Shown piece after piece: positions 8,356 through 19,024 of a stretch of DNA of 64,000 bases (its first letter is position 1; the number at the start of each line of letters is the position of its first letter). This stretch comes from Pelagomonas calceolata (lineage: Eukaryota): contig CAKKNE010000004.1 in NCBI GenBank assembly GCA_918797485.1, positions 3,534,001 to 3,598,000 on the forward strand, given 5' to 3'. The notes below the pieces were generated by a model that did not search any database, was not told the DNA's origin, and worked only from the letters and a program-made list of their open reading frames with translations. A program made the translations under genes and the position numbers.

Positions 8356-10583
8356 CTACGCGGCGGCAGCGGCGCCGTCGCCTTCCGTGCTCGAGAGGAT
8401 GTGCTCCGTGATGTCGAACCGCTCGACGGACTTCCCGTCCAGGGCAACGCCGTCGTCGCGCCGCACGGTCGCCTCGAGGCGCAGGATGACCTTCGTCTTG
8501 TCCAGCGCGCAGATCGCCGTGCCCGCCGCGGCGCCACGGACACCCACGAACCCGAAGGGCATGCGGTACCCGATCGGCTCGATGTGGTCCTCGCCGCCCA
8601 GCAGGCGCAGCGTGTCGTAGACGAGCTTCGGCAGCGGCCTCGTCTTGGCCATGGCCGTGTCGGTGATCGACACGAGCGCGACGCGCCCGGCAGGCATCCG
8701 CGCGACGTGGGCGTGGAACGCCTCGGACTGCGCCTCGACCTTGTTGTAGAGGTCGAAGCGCTCCAGCGCGACGCACCGCAGGTCGCCGTTCTTCTCTTCC
8801 AGCTCGAGGAACCTGTGTGGAAATCAACCAGTGTGTCGGGTGCACCGACAATTCTTCACTAACTCATTTCTCGGCGATGACGCGGCCGTCCTGGTTCGGT
8901 CGAGCGGTGAGGAACCGGCATCGCCGCGCCATCGAGCAGGCGTCGCGTCGATGGCGTGGGGGTCGACGCGATGACTCAGCACGAACGCGCCGTAAAATTT
9001 TGATTTCCACACAGCGAGGAACCAGAGGCCCACGCGGTTCTTCGGGAGCTGGATCGTCACGAGGCCGGCGTCGTCGACCGTCGGCTTGACTTCTAAATTG
9101 GTCGACACGGGGTTCGTCCGCTTCGGCGCGTCCCACGTCGCCGGCCCGAGCTTCGCGGCCGGGGCCTTGGGCTTGAAGAAGGCGTCGATGCGGGCACGCT
9201 TGGCGGCCCGGCCGCGCACGAAGCTGAACCATCCCGCGCCCTTGCCGGCGGAGTAGCCGTTGCATTCGACGCCGACGGCGCCCGGCGCGGACGGCGGCGG
9301 CCGCGCCTTCCGCCGGTCGTCGCGGAGCGCGAAGTACGCGTCGAGGCCCTCTCCCGTCAGCTCCGACTTGTCGATGCCTGTGTGGAAATCAAATTTCGGG
9401 CGCCCCACGCCATCGACGCGATGTTGTCCCCGTGACCGCGTCGGCTCGATGGCGTGGAGGTTAACCTAACTCACTGGTTGATTTCCACACGGGTCGATGC
9501 GGAAGGCCTCGAAGTACGGCAGCTCCTTGCCGTCGCTACTCCCGGCCGTGAAGCCCAGGGCCCGCATCTCGCCCGCCGTCTCCTCCGGCATCTTGTTGTA
9601 GGAGCTGTGCGAGAAGGCCACGATCGAGATCCGCGTCGGCGCCGCCTTGCCGGGCGCCGCGCGGAAGGGCATCGTGTAGTGCTCGCTGTTGCCGTCGAAG
9701 AGCTTCCAGGCGCGGTGGCACTTGATGACGCTCTCGCCGCCGCCGCCGCGCAGGACCTTTTCGCCCTTGTCGTTCTCTTTCTCGACGAACGTGTCCGCGA
9801 CCCAGAGCTCGCCGCCCGCGTGGTCGCCGAGGCTGATGATGTGCGAGGGCCCGATGTTGTTGCCGTCGACATGTTTCTTGGCCTGCGTGCGCGAAGCTCC
9901 GCGTCCACGCCATCGCCGCGACGGCGCTCCATCTCCACACCATCGCCGCGCGGTGACAGGGGAAGGCGCCGTGGGACGCCGCGCGCGACGGCGTAGTTGT
10001 AGTTGATCTGCAGCGACGAGAACGGAAAGTCCGGGAGCTCCTTCGTCGTCCACGCGCAGACGAGCTTCACCAGGTTCTGGAAGTTCTGGCTCACGGCCGA
10101 GAGCTGCATGCCGACGCCCCCGAGCACGTTCACGGCGCCGAGGCACATGCCGGTCACGGCTTTGGCGTCGGGCGACACGTTCGGCCGCGCCTGCGTCGGC
10201 CACTCGCCGATGCCGGCGAGGACGCGCTCGACCGCCTCCGTCGTGATCTCATTGGATTGGAGGGCGGCGGCGGCGCGCGCGTCGGCCTTCTCGAGCTGGC
10301 GCCGCACGGACGACGACCACGTGCCCTGGGCGACCTTCTTCTGCGTCTTCGCCTCGTTCTTGGGCGCCGCCTCGGCGGGCGGCGCGCCGGCGGCTTTCTC
10401 CGACGTCGACTTGGGCGGCGCGGGCGGCTTTACGGCCGGCGTCGCCGCGACGGCGTTTTGCTGTGTCTTTTGAGCGGTCGCTGGCGCCTTCGCCGCGGGC
10501 GCGGTCAGATCCTGCGGTTTCGTGTTGTTTGCAGCCTGCAAGGCGCTTCCCGGTTTGGCCTTGGGGCTACAGAAAGCGTCCAT
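8356..10583 (-). CDS. 2OG-Fe(II) dioxygenase (TET/JBP-like motifs) fused to a C-terminal ILEI/GG-type domain; 4 exons
   Basis: Exons 10583-9990, 9882-9501, 9377-9023 and 8812-8356 total 1788 nt (595 aa plus stop). Motifs: QINYNYAAKKHVDGNNIGPS (HxD), LGDHAGGEL, FDGNSEHYT (H), TRISIVAF (RxS). C-terminal FDLY...MPAGRVALVSITDTA...LLGG...GYRMPFGFVGVRG. Confidence 0.75.
8813..9014. mobile_element. Introner element, long family (202 bp), inverted relative to the 5217 copy
   Basis: Same 15-bp TIRs. Perfect TSD CGAGGAAC (8805-8812, 9015-9022). Minus-strand GT..AG intron 9022->8813 restores GLWFLELEEK. The body is a near reverse complement of 5217-5418. Confidence 0.95.
9378..9492. mobile_element. Introner element, short family (115 bp), forming a GC-AG intron
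   Basis: TIRs CTGTGTGGAAATCAA / TTGATTTCCACACGG (1 mismatch). Perfect TSD GTCGATGC (9370-9377, 9493-9500). Minus-strand intron 9500->9378 starts GC and restores EAFRIDKSELT. Confidence 0.92.
9883..9989 (-). other. 107-nt GT-AG intron, probable decayed introner
   Basis: Removal joins NYNYA|AKKHVD. It contains CCACGCCATCGCCGCGACG on the + strand, a variant of the introner core. No clear TIR or TSD remains. Confidence 0.8.
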
Positions 10584-10770
10584 GGCTGTGAGAGCGCGTG
10601 GCAGCGCGTGGCAGCTTCTCAGGCCACAGGTTGGCCGTGCGCTGCCAAAACGGAGAGCAAAACCAAAAGGCGCGCGAGAGCTTAGCGGCATAAACACACT
10701 AGAAAAGAACAAAAATCTCCCCGAGGCACCCTCGGAGCGTCCTTTACAAAGTAAACGTATATATACAAGT

Positions 10771-11304
10771 TCAAAATTTATTAACAAACTCCAACTCGGG
10801 CTCGTAATCGAGAAACCGGCTCTTGAACCGCTCCGTCGGCGCGCGGCACGTGTCGCTCGCCCCGAACAGTTTGTAGCGGTACTTCGCGACGAGCCGGTAG
10901 CCGGCGTCCCGGAGCGCCGCCGGCAGCGCGTGGAACGCGGCGACGTAACAGAACGGCGCGTCGAGCAGCGCGATCACGCGCAACGCCGCGTCCGACCGCA
11001 GGTAAAAGACGTCGTCCTGGATCACTACGAGCGTCGACAGCGCCTCGGCGCCGCCCTCGGCGTAGCGGCCGGCGCCGGCCCTGTGCAGTGCGTCCGCGTG
11101 CCGCTGTATCGCGCCAAACCGGACCCGTCGCGAACTGTCGTGGTCCGCCACGAAGTTCACGAAGCCGTCGCACAGATTGCAGACGCCGTCGAAGAAGAGC
11201 ACCGTCTCCACGCCTTCTGCGGGTCGCAGCGCGGCCGGCACGGTGACGGCCGCGTAGAGCGCGGCGCTCGCGGCGACCGCGGTTATGGCGGCCCAGCGTG
11301 GCAT
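10771..11304 (-). CDS. DCC-family thiol-disulfide oxidoreductase with an N-terminal hydrophobic segment
   Basis: VLFFDGVCNLCDGFVNFV (DxxCxxC), RSDAALRV, RDAGYRLVAKYRYKLFG. Confidence 0.9.
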   Translation of the reverse strand: MPRWAAITAVAASAALYAAVTVPAALRPAEGVETVLFFDGVCNLCDGFVNFVADHDSSRRVRFGAIQRHADALHRAGAGRYAEGGAEALSTLVVIQDDVFYLRSDAALRVIALLDAPFCYVAAFHALPAALRDAGYRLVAKYRYKLFGASDTCRAPTERFKSRFLDYEPELEFVNKF

Positions 11305-11732
11305 TCTGCTGCGTCACGAATTCTGCTGCGGTTAAGCTTAGGATGAATTCTCGGGTACGAATTCTCGCGTACCCGAGCTGGCACAGTCTTGCAAGCTGTG
11401 TATGAACTGGTAGCACTCCGGAGAGCTGTCGCTCGCAAAGGGGTGGTGCTCCGCAGTGACGAGATTGACAACCCAGCGCGAATTTGACGCGTTGTTGCAG
11501 GAATGCGGCCACACTGGTCAAAAATATGCGGAGCCAGCGGCATAGAGACACTAGGTACCCTTTTTCACCGGGGGCTTGTTGAGGCGGTTCTGCTTAGAAA
11601 GAAGTGCGCTGTTATGAAAGATGCGGCACGCGCCCGCCGCCGATGAATCGGCGCGGTGCCGCCCACTAGTCCTAGCACCGTAACAGATAACACGCACGCG
11701 ACGCCGCCGCCGCGCCTATTCACCAATACTAC

Positions 11733-12503
11733 TTACCCCTTCGCCTCATCATCATCATCGTCGTCCGACCACGCCTCGAGGCCCCCGTGGAGCGCCTGGA
11801 GCCGCGCGAGGTTCGCCTCGAGCTCGCGCAGCTCCGCGTCCGCGGCCTCGCGGAACGCGTCGCCGTCGCGTCGGAAGACCGGCAGATTCGCAGACGGCGC
11901 CTCGGCCCGCGGCGCCTTCAGGAGCGCCTCGACGCGGCCGCGCGCGCCGCGCGCGGACGACAGCGCCTCCTCGGTCCGCGCGGCCAGCGCCGTGCGGTCG
12001 AGGTCCAACGCGAGCTTCGGCGGCGAGTACTCCGCCTGCAGCTTCATTTCTAGAGCTTTCCGGTCCGCCTCGCGCGCGGCGCGCCACTTCTGCAGCGACG
12101 CGAGCGCGCCGTCCATTTCCGTCGCGGCCGCCTTGACGTCGGCCTCCTCCGCGTCCAACGATACCGAAGAAGCGGCGTGGGCCGCGATGGCCGCCTCGAG
12201 GTTTTCGGGAGGCGGCGGCGGTTCCGCTTTTGTAGTCTGCTCCTCCCTTAGCTTCGCCTGGAGCCGCGCCAGGGCCTGAGCGACAGCCACCTCGTCCACG
12301 GCGTCGTCATCACTTTTCAAAGCCTCGGCGAGCCGCGCGGGCGTCCGCCACGCGGGGGTGCCCTCCTGGACGGGGCTCCGCGGCTCGGTCTCGATGACTC
12401 CATCTAGATCCACGGCCGCGAGGAGGCGCTGGCGCGGCGTCGAGAGCTTGCCCTCGTCTGCCTCCATTTCCGGCGCGTTGCTGTGGTCCATGAGGGGCTG
12501 CAT
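11733..12503 (-). CDS. Hypothetical coiled-coil protein
   Basis: 256-aa ORF with ordinary composition and an acidic C-terminus. No family recognised. Confidence 0.6.
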   Translation of the reverse strand: MQPLMDHSNAPEMEADEGKLSTPRQRLLAAVDLDGVIETEPRSPVQEGTPAWRTPARLAEALKSDDDAVDEVAVAQALARLQAKLREEQTTKAEPPPPPENLEAAIAAHAASSVSLDAEEADVKAAATEMDGALASLQKWRAAREADRKALEMKLQAEYSPPKLALDLDRTALAARTEEALSSARGARGRVEALLKAPRAEAPSANLPVFRRDGDAFREAADAELRELEANLARLQALHGGLEAWSDDDDDDEAKG

Positions 12504-13096
12504 GTGCTTCGTGGTGCGCGGCTGTCCGGGCTGCCTCGGCGCCGCGACGACGACGAATTACTCTGATTCGAGCTGTGCTGGTGCGGCTGCGTCTCTCGGA
12601 CCGCTTTTGGCAGCACCGACGAGCCCCAAAACCGGCAAAAAGGGCTTCATATGTACTTAATATTTTTTTCTTCTCTGGTACAATCGCCCAGCCAGACATC
12701 CTCCCATCCGCCCCACGACGTTTGGTCGCTCGCGAGCAGAGGTCACCTTGGACAGCTCGACGGCCTCCTCTCCAAGCCTGGTTTTTTGCGACATTAATTA
12801 GGCGCAGCCGACAGCCGACCGCGGAAAGCTGGTCTTTGCGCGAGCGCTACACTCACAAGTGCAAGCGCTGGTGCGAGGCGCCGAGCGCTGCAGCACTTTG
12901 GGCTGTGAACCCAAGAGAGGTGAATTTTTTCGATTGGGCGTGTCGGGCCGAGCGGTCGCCGGGCGCTCGTTCAAAAAGAGCCTCGCGCCGCCGCCGTCCG
13001 TCGAAAGCGATCAAGGCGCACCGATCCGCAGCGTCGCCGGTGAGCTAGCGACAAACCGGGCGCCGTCGCCCGCCGGCCAGACGCCCAGCAAAAAAA

Positions 13097-14437
13097 ATGG
13101 CCGTCTCCATGACGCCGGCCATGCAGGCCGAGATTAGGATCCTGCCGGGCAACGACAAGTGCGTCGACTGCGGCTCGAACCACCCGCAGTGGGCCTCGGT
13201 CACGTACGGCGCGCTCATGTGCCTCGAGTGCTCGGGCGCGCATAGGGGCATGGGCGTGCACATCTCCTTTGTCAGAAGCGTGACCATGGACTCGTGGTCC
13301 GACAAGCAGCTCAAGATGATGACGCACTCGTCGAACGACGAGCTCGTGGCCTTCTGGAAGAAACACAATGTCGACCCGCGCATGCCCCACAACGCGAAGT
13401 ACCACGAGCCCGCGTCGCAGCTGTACGCCGATCGCCTGAAGGCGAAGGTGGAAGGGAGGCCGTTACCCACCAAATTACCGGCTCGCCAAGCGGCGCCGAC
13501 GTCTGCGTATGATGCCCCCGGTGGCGGGTCCATGTCCGCGGGCGGGTTTGGTGGTGGCGACTCCAAAGGATCGGCGGCTTTGGCGGGCGAGACGACGGAG
13601 CAGTACGTCGCGCGCCAACGGCGCCTCCAGGCCGAGGCCCGCGCGCGCATGCGCGCCAAGTTTGGTGGTGGTGGTGCCATGGGCGGCGTCGGCTCAAATA
13701 GTGATTATGACCCCAAGACGGGTACTTATGGAGGTGGCGGTTTAGCAGGATTAGGCCAGGGCGACATCTCACTCAACAACGTGCAGGACGCTTTAGGGCA
13801 AGGTGTGGGCAAGCTGCGGTCCTGGGGGTCTCAATTAGCAGAGGAGGAAACTGTACGGGACCTGGGCTCGAAGACGGGCGAGGTCGCGGGGGCGGCCTGG
13901 GGCGGCCTGAAGCGGTGGGGGTCCGTGCTGTCGGACAAGGTCAAAGATCTAACCGTCGCGGACCCCGAGCCCGGCGCGCTGACGGCCGGTCTGGGCCAGT
14001 CGGGCCTGGCGCGCGGCTCGTCGTACGAGGGCTTCGGCGGCGGCGGTTCCTCGACGTCACTGCAATCGATGGGTTCCAACGGCGGCTCGTCGGGCTACCA
14101 GGCGTCGCAGGAGAACGGCTTCGGGAGCGGGAACAACCGCCTCCAGACGATCCAGTCGCTGGGCTCGGACCCCGACGGCGCGTCGATGCCGCGCAGCGCG
14201 TCGCAGCGGTCCTTCGCGTCCTCGGGCTCGGGCGGCTCGCGCGGCCGCGCGTCGCCGCCGGCGCCGCCCGCGCCGGCGCAGACGGCGCGGACGACGTCGT
14301 CGCCCGTGCCGCCGCCCGCGCCGGACCTCGCGGCGGGGCGGTCGGCCTCGGTGCCGTCAGCAAAGCCGTCGGCGCGGAAGGCCAAGAAACTCGAAGTGGA
14401 CCCGGACAAGGACTTCTTCGACTCGTTCGGCGTGTGA
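13097..14437 (+). CDS. ADP-ribosylation factor GTPase-activating protein (ArfGAP1-like)
   Basis: PGNDKCVDCGSNHPQWASVTYGALMCLECSGAHRGMGVHISFVRSVTMDSW zinc finger. C-terminal DFFDSF. Confidence 0.95.
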   Translation: MAVSMTPAMQAEIRILPGNDKCVDCGSNHPQWASVTYGALMCLECSGAHRGMGVHISFVRSVTMDSWSDKQLKMMTHSSNDELVAFWKKHNVDPRMPHNAKYHEPASQLYADRLKAKVEGRPLPTKLPARQAAPTSAYDAPGGGSMSAGGFGGGDSKGSAALAGETTEQYVARQRRLQAEARARMRAKFGGGGAMGGVGSNSDYDPKTGTYGGGGLAGLGQGDISLNNVQDALGQGVGKLRSWGSQLAEEETVRDLGSKTGEVAGAAWGGLKRWGSVLSDKVKDLTVADPEPGALTAGLGQSGLARGSSYEGFGGGGSSTSLQSMGSNGGSSGYQASQENGFGSGNNRLQTIQSLGSDPDGASMPRSASQRSFASSGSGGSRGRASPPAPPAPAQTARTTSSPVPPPAPDLAAGRSASVPSAKPSARKAKKLEVDPDKDFFDSFGV

Positions 14438-14534
14438 GCACTATCTGCGGGCCCGGTACTTATGCTGCGTGTAGCGGCGGTATCGGCATTTATGACCAAA
14501 TTAACTATATGATGATAAACCTATTACTCACAAG

Positions 14535-16202
14535 CTACGATGCAGCCGGTACGCGCACCTCGGGAAGCCGCGTCCCGTCCGCCTCGACGGCAACGGAGAG
14601 CGCCGCGTCCGCGGCGATCGCGACGGCCGCGAGGACCTCCGTCGCGGCCCCAAGCGCCGACGCGTCGACGGCGGCCACGAGCGCGCCGCCCGCGAAGACG
14701 GCGACGGCGAGCGCCGGCCCGGCCCCCGCGACCGCGACCGACGCGTCGCTCCCGAGCGGCAGCGGCGCGCCCGCCGCGGCGACGGCGACCGCCGCGGCCG
14801 CGAGCGGCGCGAGCGCGGCCTCCGCGGACGGCTTGTCGGTCGGGAACGCCGCGAGGCGCGCCGCCGCGACGCTCACGTCGGCCTCGAGGCAGGGCAGCGC
14901 CGTCTGCTTGAGGCAGAAGTCGGCGCGCGGCGACGCGAAGGCCTTGGCGAGGCCCTTGCCGCGGCGCTCGGCCGGCGCGGCGGTCTCGGGGTCCGCGCCG
15001 AAGGCCAATAAAGCCGCCTGGCGCGCGGCGCCGACGCAGGCGAGCTCCGCGGCCTCGCCGAAGGCCGCGACGGCCGCGCCCGGCACCGCCGCCACTACTG
15101 CCGCGCGCAGCGGCGCGGACCGCGCGGCTTGGCCCGCGAAGATTAAGAGAGGACTCGATCCAATGGAGACGGCCTCCACCAATGATTGTGCCTTCGCCAC
15201 GACGTCCGATGTCAAGTCCTCGAAGCGCGCGCGCGTCACGCGCGCGCGCGCGTCCATGCCGTCGACTAACGCGTCGGCCTCGACGTCGGCCTGCGCCGCG
15301 CCGTTCGCCAGGAGCTTGGCGGCGCGGGCGCAGGCATCTCTTAACTTGCGCTTGGCCCGCGCGCCGCCCGTGTCGACGTCGATCTTCTGCCGCCTCCGGA
15401 GGAAGGTCGCCGCGAAGACGTACAAGCAGGACGTGAACGCGTCGCCACTCAGCGACGCGTCGTCCTGACATTTGGCTCTCTCTAGGATTCCAGTGGCGTG
15501 CCTTGTATACGACGTCGCCTTGGCACGAGTCCCGCCGACGTCCAACACGACGACCGAATCGCACGCCACGTCGTCCTGGGCGGCGAAGCTCGCGACGCTA
15601 TCACCTTCGTCGACGACTTGCAAAATGCGCAGCCCGGCCTGGGCCGCCGCATCCAACAAAGCTTTGCGAGAGACCGTATCAGCCAAAATATCCGACGGCG
15701 CGGCTAAGACACAACATAAGACCTCCTTCGCGTCCGCTCCTAATGTATCAGCGACCCGCGTCCGCAATTCACCGAAGATCTTCGCGACGACGTCCGAACC
15801 GCTTAAAGCAGCAGTTACCTCGGTCTCCTCGCCGTCCTCGTCCCAGACGGTCTTGGCGAGCTGCAGCGTGGCGCCATCTATTTCGACTTTCCCGGCGCCG
15901 TGCGTCGCTAACCGGGCCTTCAGCGCGCCTTCGTCATCATTTGAATGGGGCAAGCAACTCAGCGCGCGCGGCACGGTCGCCGCCGGGTTCTTGGCGGCTT
16001 GCGACAGGGCGGCGTCTCCTACCACACACTCGCCCGTGCCTCCCAATGCGACAGCACAAGGCGTGCTGCGCGCGCCCGACTCCGACGCGACCAATGAAGG
16101 CTGGCCGATCGCGTTCGTCGTCGCGTCGCGTCGTATGATGACGGCGCGCGCCTCGCAGTAGCCGATGGCGATGCCGCAGACGTGCTGGAGGGGCGGGCCC
16201 AT
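14535..16202 (-). CDS. Divergent Hsp70-family protein
   Basis: GARSTPCAVAL, VVGDAALSQAAKNP, RKALLDAAAQAGLRILQVVDE, VVVLDVGG, RVTRARFEDL. The N-terminal phosphate motif is degenerate (GIAIG). Confidence 0.85.
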   Translation of the reverse strand: MGPPLQHVCGIAIGYCEARAVIIRRDATTNAIGQPSLVASESGARSTPCAVALGGTGECVVGDAALSQAAKNPAATVPRALSCLPHSNDDEGALKARLATHGAGKVEIDGATLQLAKTVWDEDGEETEVTAALSGSDVVAKIFGELRTRVADTLGADAKEVLCCVLAAPSDILADTVSRKALLDAAAQAGLRILQVVDEGDSVASFAAQDDVACDSVVVLDVGGTRAKATSYTRHATGILERAKCQDDASLSGDAFTSCLYVFAATFLRRRQKIDVDTGGARAKRKLRDACARAAKLLANGAAQADVEADALVDGMDARARVTRARFEDLTSDVVAKAQSLVEAVSIGSSPLLIFAGQAARSAPLRAAVVAAVPGAAVAAFGEAAELACVGAARQAALLAFGADPETAAPAERRGKGLAKAFASPRADFCLKQTALPCLEADVSVAAARLAAFPTDKPSAEAALAPLAAAAVAVAAAGAPLPLGSDASVAVAGAGPALAVAVFAGGALVAAVDASALGAATEVLAAVAIAADAALSVAVEADGTRLPEVRVPAAS

Positions 16203-16675
16203 GTCTTTTGCTTTTTTGTAGCAGTGGCTGTCCACTGGAGGTTACCCAGCTATGCAGCTACGTGCTGTCCGAGCACCGGTGCTGCAGCAGCAGTTGGCAG
16301 AGGTATCAGAGACACACGCAATGCGGTCAGTACGTAGCCGCAACCACGAATGCGGAAATGCAGCCGGGTGACAATGCATGCAAAATCGCCCAGCCTTGCC
16401 GGCCGGGGTCCCGCGAATTTATGCACGGCTCTTGGAGGAGCGCCTCCTGGGACGTCTCTGGAGACCTCGACCTCTGCCGTTTGTTGCAACGCGACGGATC
16501 GGCAGACAGAGGAGCACCTGCAAACGTGAGAGTACAGCGGCTAGATTGCCGCGTCGTACAGCGGTTGCAGGCTTTCGAAGGAGTAAATTCATCATAAATA
16601 TACGAGTTTTGCAAGGCGCTTGCCTCCCAGTCCTGGCAAAGCTGCTATCTGCAGCTCCATTGCCATTTGCACATC

Positions 16676-17473
16676 ATGCTTGCTGCCATGGTATTTGCCA
16701 CAGTCGCGGTCGCGCTCGGACTGGCGCCGCGTGAGTCCCTCACTGGGCGGCGACCGATGGCAGCCCCACGCTGCGGCGTCGTGCGGACCGGCGTCAGGCC
16801 GAGCGCCAGACGCTGCGGCGTCGCGAGGACCGGCGTTAGGCCGAGCGCCAGACGCCGCGGCGTCGTGCGGCCCGGCGTGGCCACGGACTACTGCGTGCAG
16901 ACGCTCGGCTGCTCGCTCGAGGACGCCGTGAGGGCGGAGGCGAAGATGCTGCCGCAGGTGGCGAACTCCGTGCGGCGCGATAAGGCCGAGGTCGTCTGCG
17001 CCGAGCTGCGGGCCAAGCTCGGCCTCTCGGATCACGAGATGCGGAAGCTAGTCCTGCGCGTGCCGACGGTACTGACGCTCAACATGGATAAGAACGTCAA
17101 TCCAAAGCTCGACTGGCTGCAGGAGCGCCTCGACCTGAGCCGCGACGAGCTGAAGAAGATCTGCCTCACGCTGCCGGCGACGCTTGCCTACAGTGTCGAC
17201 AAGAATTTGGAACCGAAGCTGTCCTACTTCGAGCACGAGCTCGGGATGTCGCCGCGCGAGATCCGGTCCAAGATCATCTCGATGCCCGCCCGCCTGGGCT
17301 ACAGCATCGAGAAGCGCTACCGCCCGCGGCTGGCCGCCATCCGCGCGACCGCCGGCGCGGACCCGGCGGCCGTCATCGACCGGATACGCGCGGCGGACGC
17401 GGAGTTCTGCAAACGGACCGGCGTGTCGATCGACACGCTGCGGCGGGAGCAGGCGAGGGTAAGGCGACGATAA
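16676..17473 (+). CDS. mTERF-domain protein, probably plastid-targeted
   Basis: Signal peptide and basic transit-like region, then mTERF repeats PTVLTLNMDKNVNPKLDWLQERLDLS / PATLAYSVDKNLEPKLSYFEHELGMS / PARLGYSIEKRYRPR. Confidence 0.85.
   Translation: MLAAMVFATVAVALGLAPRESLTGRRPMAAPRCGVVRTGVRPSARRCGVARTGVRPSARRRGVVRPGVATDYCVQTLGCSLEDAVRAEAKMLPQVANSVRRDKAEVVCAELRAKLGLSDHEMRKLVLRVPTVLTLNMDKNVNPKLDWLQERLDLSRDELKKICLTLPATLAYSVDKNLEPKLSYFEHELGMSPREIRSKIISMPARLGYSIEKRYRPRLAAIRATAGADPAAVIDRIRAADAEFCKRTGVSIDTLRREQARVRRR
16768..16878 (+). repeat. 42-bp tandem repeat, about 2.6 copies, in the mTERF presequence
   Basis: Units start at 16768, 16810 and 16852 and encode RCGVVRTGVRPSAR-like peptides. Confidence 0.9.
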
Positions 17474-17670
17474 TGTAGTCCCCCCGGCGGCGTCAAAACG
17501 GGTTTTTGCTGCAGCTTTTTTGCAGATTTGGTCTCAGCGGCCGCGTCAACAACCGCGGCGACGTGCGAGTCACTTCGGCTAAAACGCCTTGGCCGCTCCA
17601 CAGAAGGCGCCACACCGCTAACCCTCAATCTTAGTCTAGAGCCATAAACCTTTCGAGTGAATCGTGAGAA

Positions 17671-18619
17671 ATGGATTTTGACGGCGTTGAGGCGCCGCCG
17701 CCGTCCGACGGCCTCGAGCCCGAAGACATCAAGTTCATCCGGAGCCTCCGGACGTCGGCGACGGGGCCGTCGAGCGACGGAGAGGCCGGCGAGCGACTCG
17801 GAGGCATCGCGCGGCGTCTGTCGTCGCGGACGGTGAAGAAGCTCGAGGTCGCCAGCGACGAGATCGAGCTCCAACCAAGCGTCTGGGACTCGGCGCTCTT
17901 CCAGTTCGCGTCGGTCTCGGGCCGCGGCGCGTCCGTGTTCACGCTAGTGCTGCTGGTCGTCATGCGGGTGCGGGTATCCGTTGACGGACCAGGCCCTCAC
18001 CGACATAGAACAGGGGTGCTCGGTGGACACCACTGGCTTCTACCACGGTGCCTTACGCACAATGCCGTGCACGGACGTCACGGCAGAGGGCGACGCGTAC
18101 GACGCCGTCGCGCTCGACGTCATGAATATGACGCGGTGGACCGCCTTCCAGCGCTACCTGGACCACAAGGCGCGCGACTCCGAGTCCATGCCGGTCGACC
18201 TGCGGAGACAGGTAAATGTCTACGTCGGCTACCTCAAGACGTACGGGTGCCGCTACCTCCGCGACCCTAGCGTCTGGCACGACCTCAACTCGACGGAGGA
18301 CGCGTTCCGCGCCGACGCGAGGAACGGGTCGAAGGCCATGCCGCCGTACCTGAGTGGTCGCAACCTGTGCGTGAGGGGGCGCGGCGGCCACAAGCCGTTG
18401 TCCCTTTTTTGTCCGCAAGCGTGCGGCTGTCACCGCGGCGACCGCGATTGCTCGCTCCGATGCCCGGAGCGCGAACCGGCGACGCCTACATGCCCCGCGC
18501 ACCAGGAGGCCATATGGGTGCGGGAAGGGCGTCGCCCGGGCCACTGCCCGCGCTTGCCTCGCTCGCAGCTCCTTGACGTGGGTGTGGACCACGGCGGTAT
18601 GATGGGAGAGATGCCCTAA
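17671..18619 (+). pseudogene. Probable internally deleted or frameshifted membrane-protein gene
   Basis: Coding-like N-terminus (ELQPSVWDSALFQF...VFTLVLLVVM) switches frame near 17970 into a Cys-rich C-terminus (PLSLFCPQACGC...CSLRCP). No convincing intron was found. Confidence 0.45.
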
Positions 18620-18631
18620 GGATCACACACA

Positions 18632-19024
18632 TTAGTCACCGAGCGGCGAGTAAATAACCCGTCGCAGCTCGCCCGTCGCCTCGTCCGCGGTCACCTGGCA
18701 GACGAGGTCGAGCCGGTACAGCTCCGCGCCCCCACCTTCGTGCAGCGCGCACCGCAAGACGCCGCAGTTGGGCGCGTCGCCGACGAGTTTCGCGGAGCAC
18801 GCGACGTGCGCGGCGCCGGCGTAGTCCGCGGGTGCCGCCCGGTGTAGCTCGACGACATCGTCAGGCGCGCCGACGATGTCGCGCGCGTAGGAGAAGAACC
18901 ACTGCACGTTTTGTAGCGGTCGCAGAGCATCGAACGTGATGTGCAGAGACAGCGGCGCTCCGAAATCGCAGTCGTTCGGATCTATTTTGATTCGTGTGAC
19001 CGCTACGCATGCGTTTGAGCACAT
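18632..19024 (-). CDS. Small ASF1-like (histone chaperone fold) protein
   Basis: VAVTRIKIDPNDCDFGAPLSLHITFDALRPL...QWFFSY resembles the ASF1 N-terminus. C-terminal LRRVIYSPL. Confidence 0.55.
   Translation of the reverse strand: MCSNACVAVTRIKIDPNDCDFGAPLSLHITFDALRPLQNVQWFFSYARDIVGAPDDVVELHRAAPADYAGAAHVACSAKLVGDAPNCGVLRCALHEGGGAELYRLDLVCQVTADEATGELRRVIYSPLGD

Noticed and set aside
8817..9089. ORFs starting MEINQCVG or MWKSKFYG inside introners, taken as independent genes or a transposase
   Set aside because: They start at GTG within the TIR, are short and show no transposase motif. They are only open frames of a non-autonomous element.
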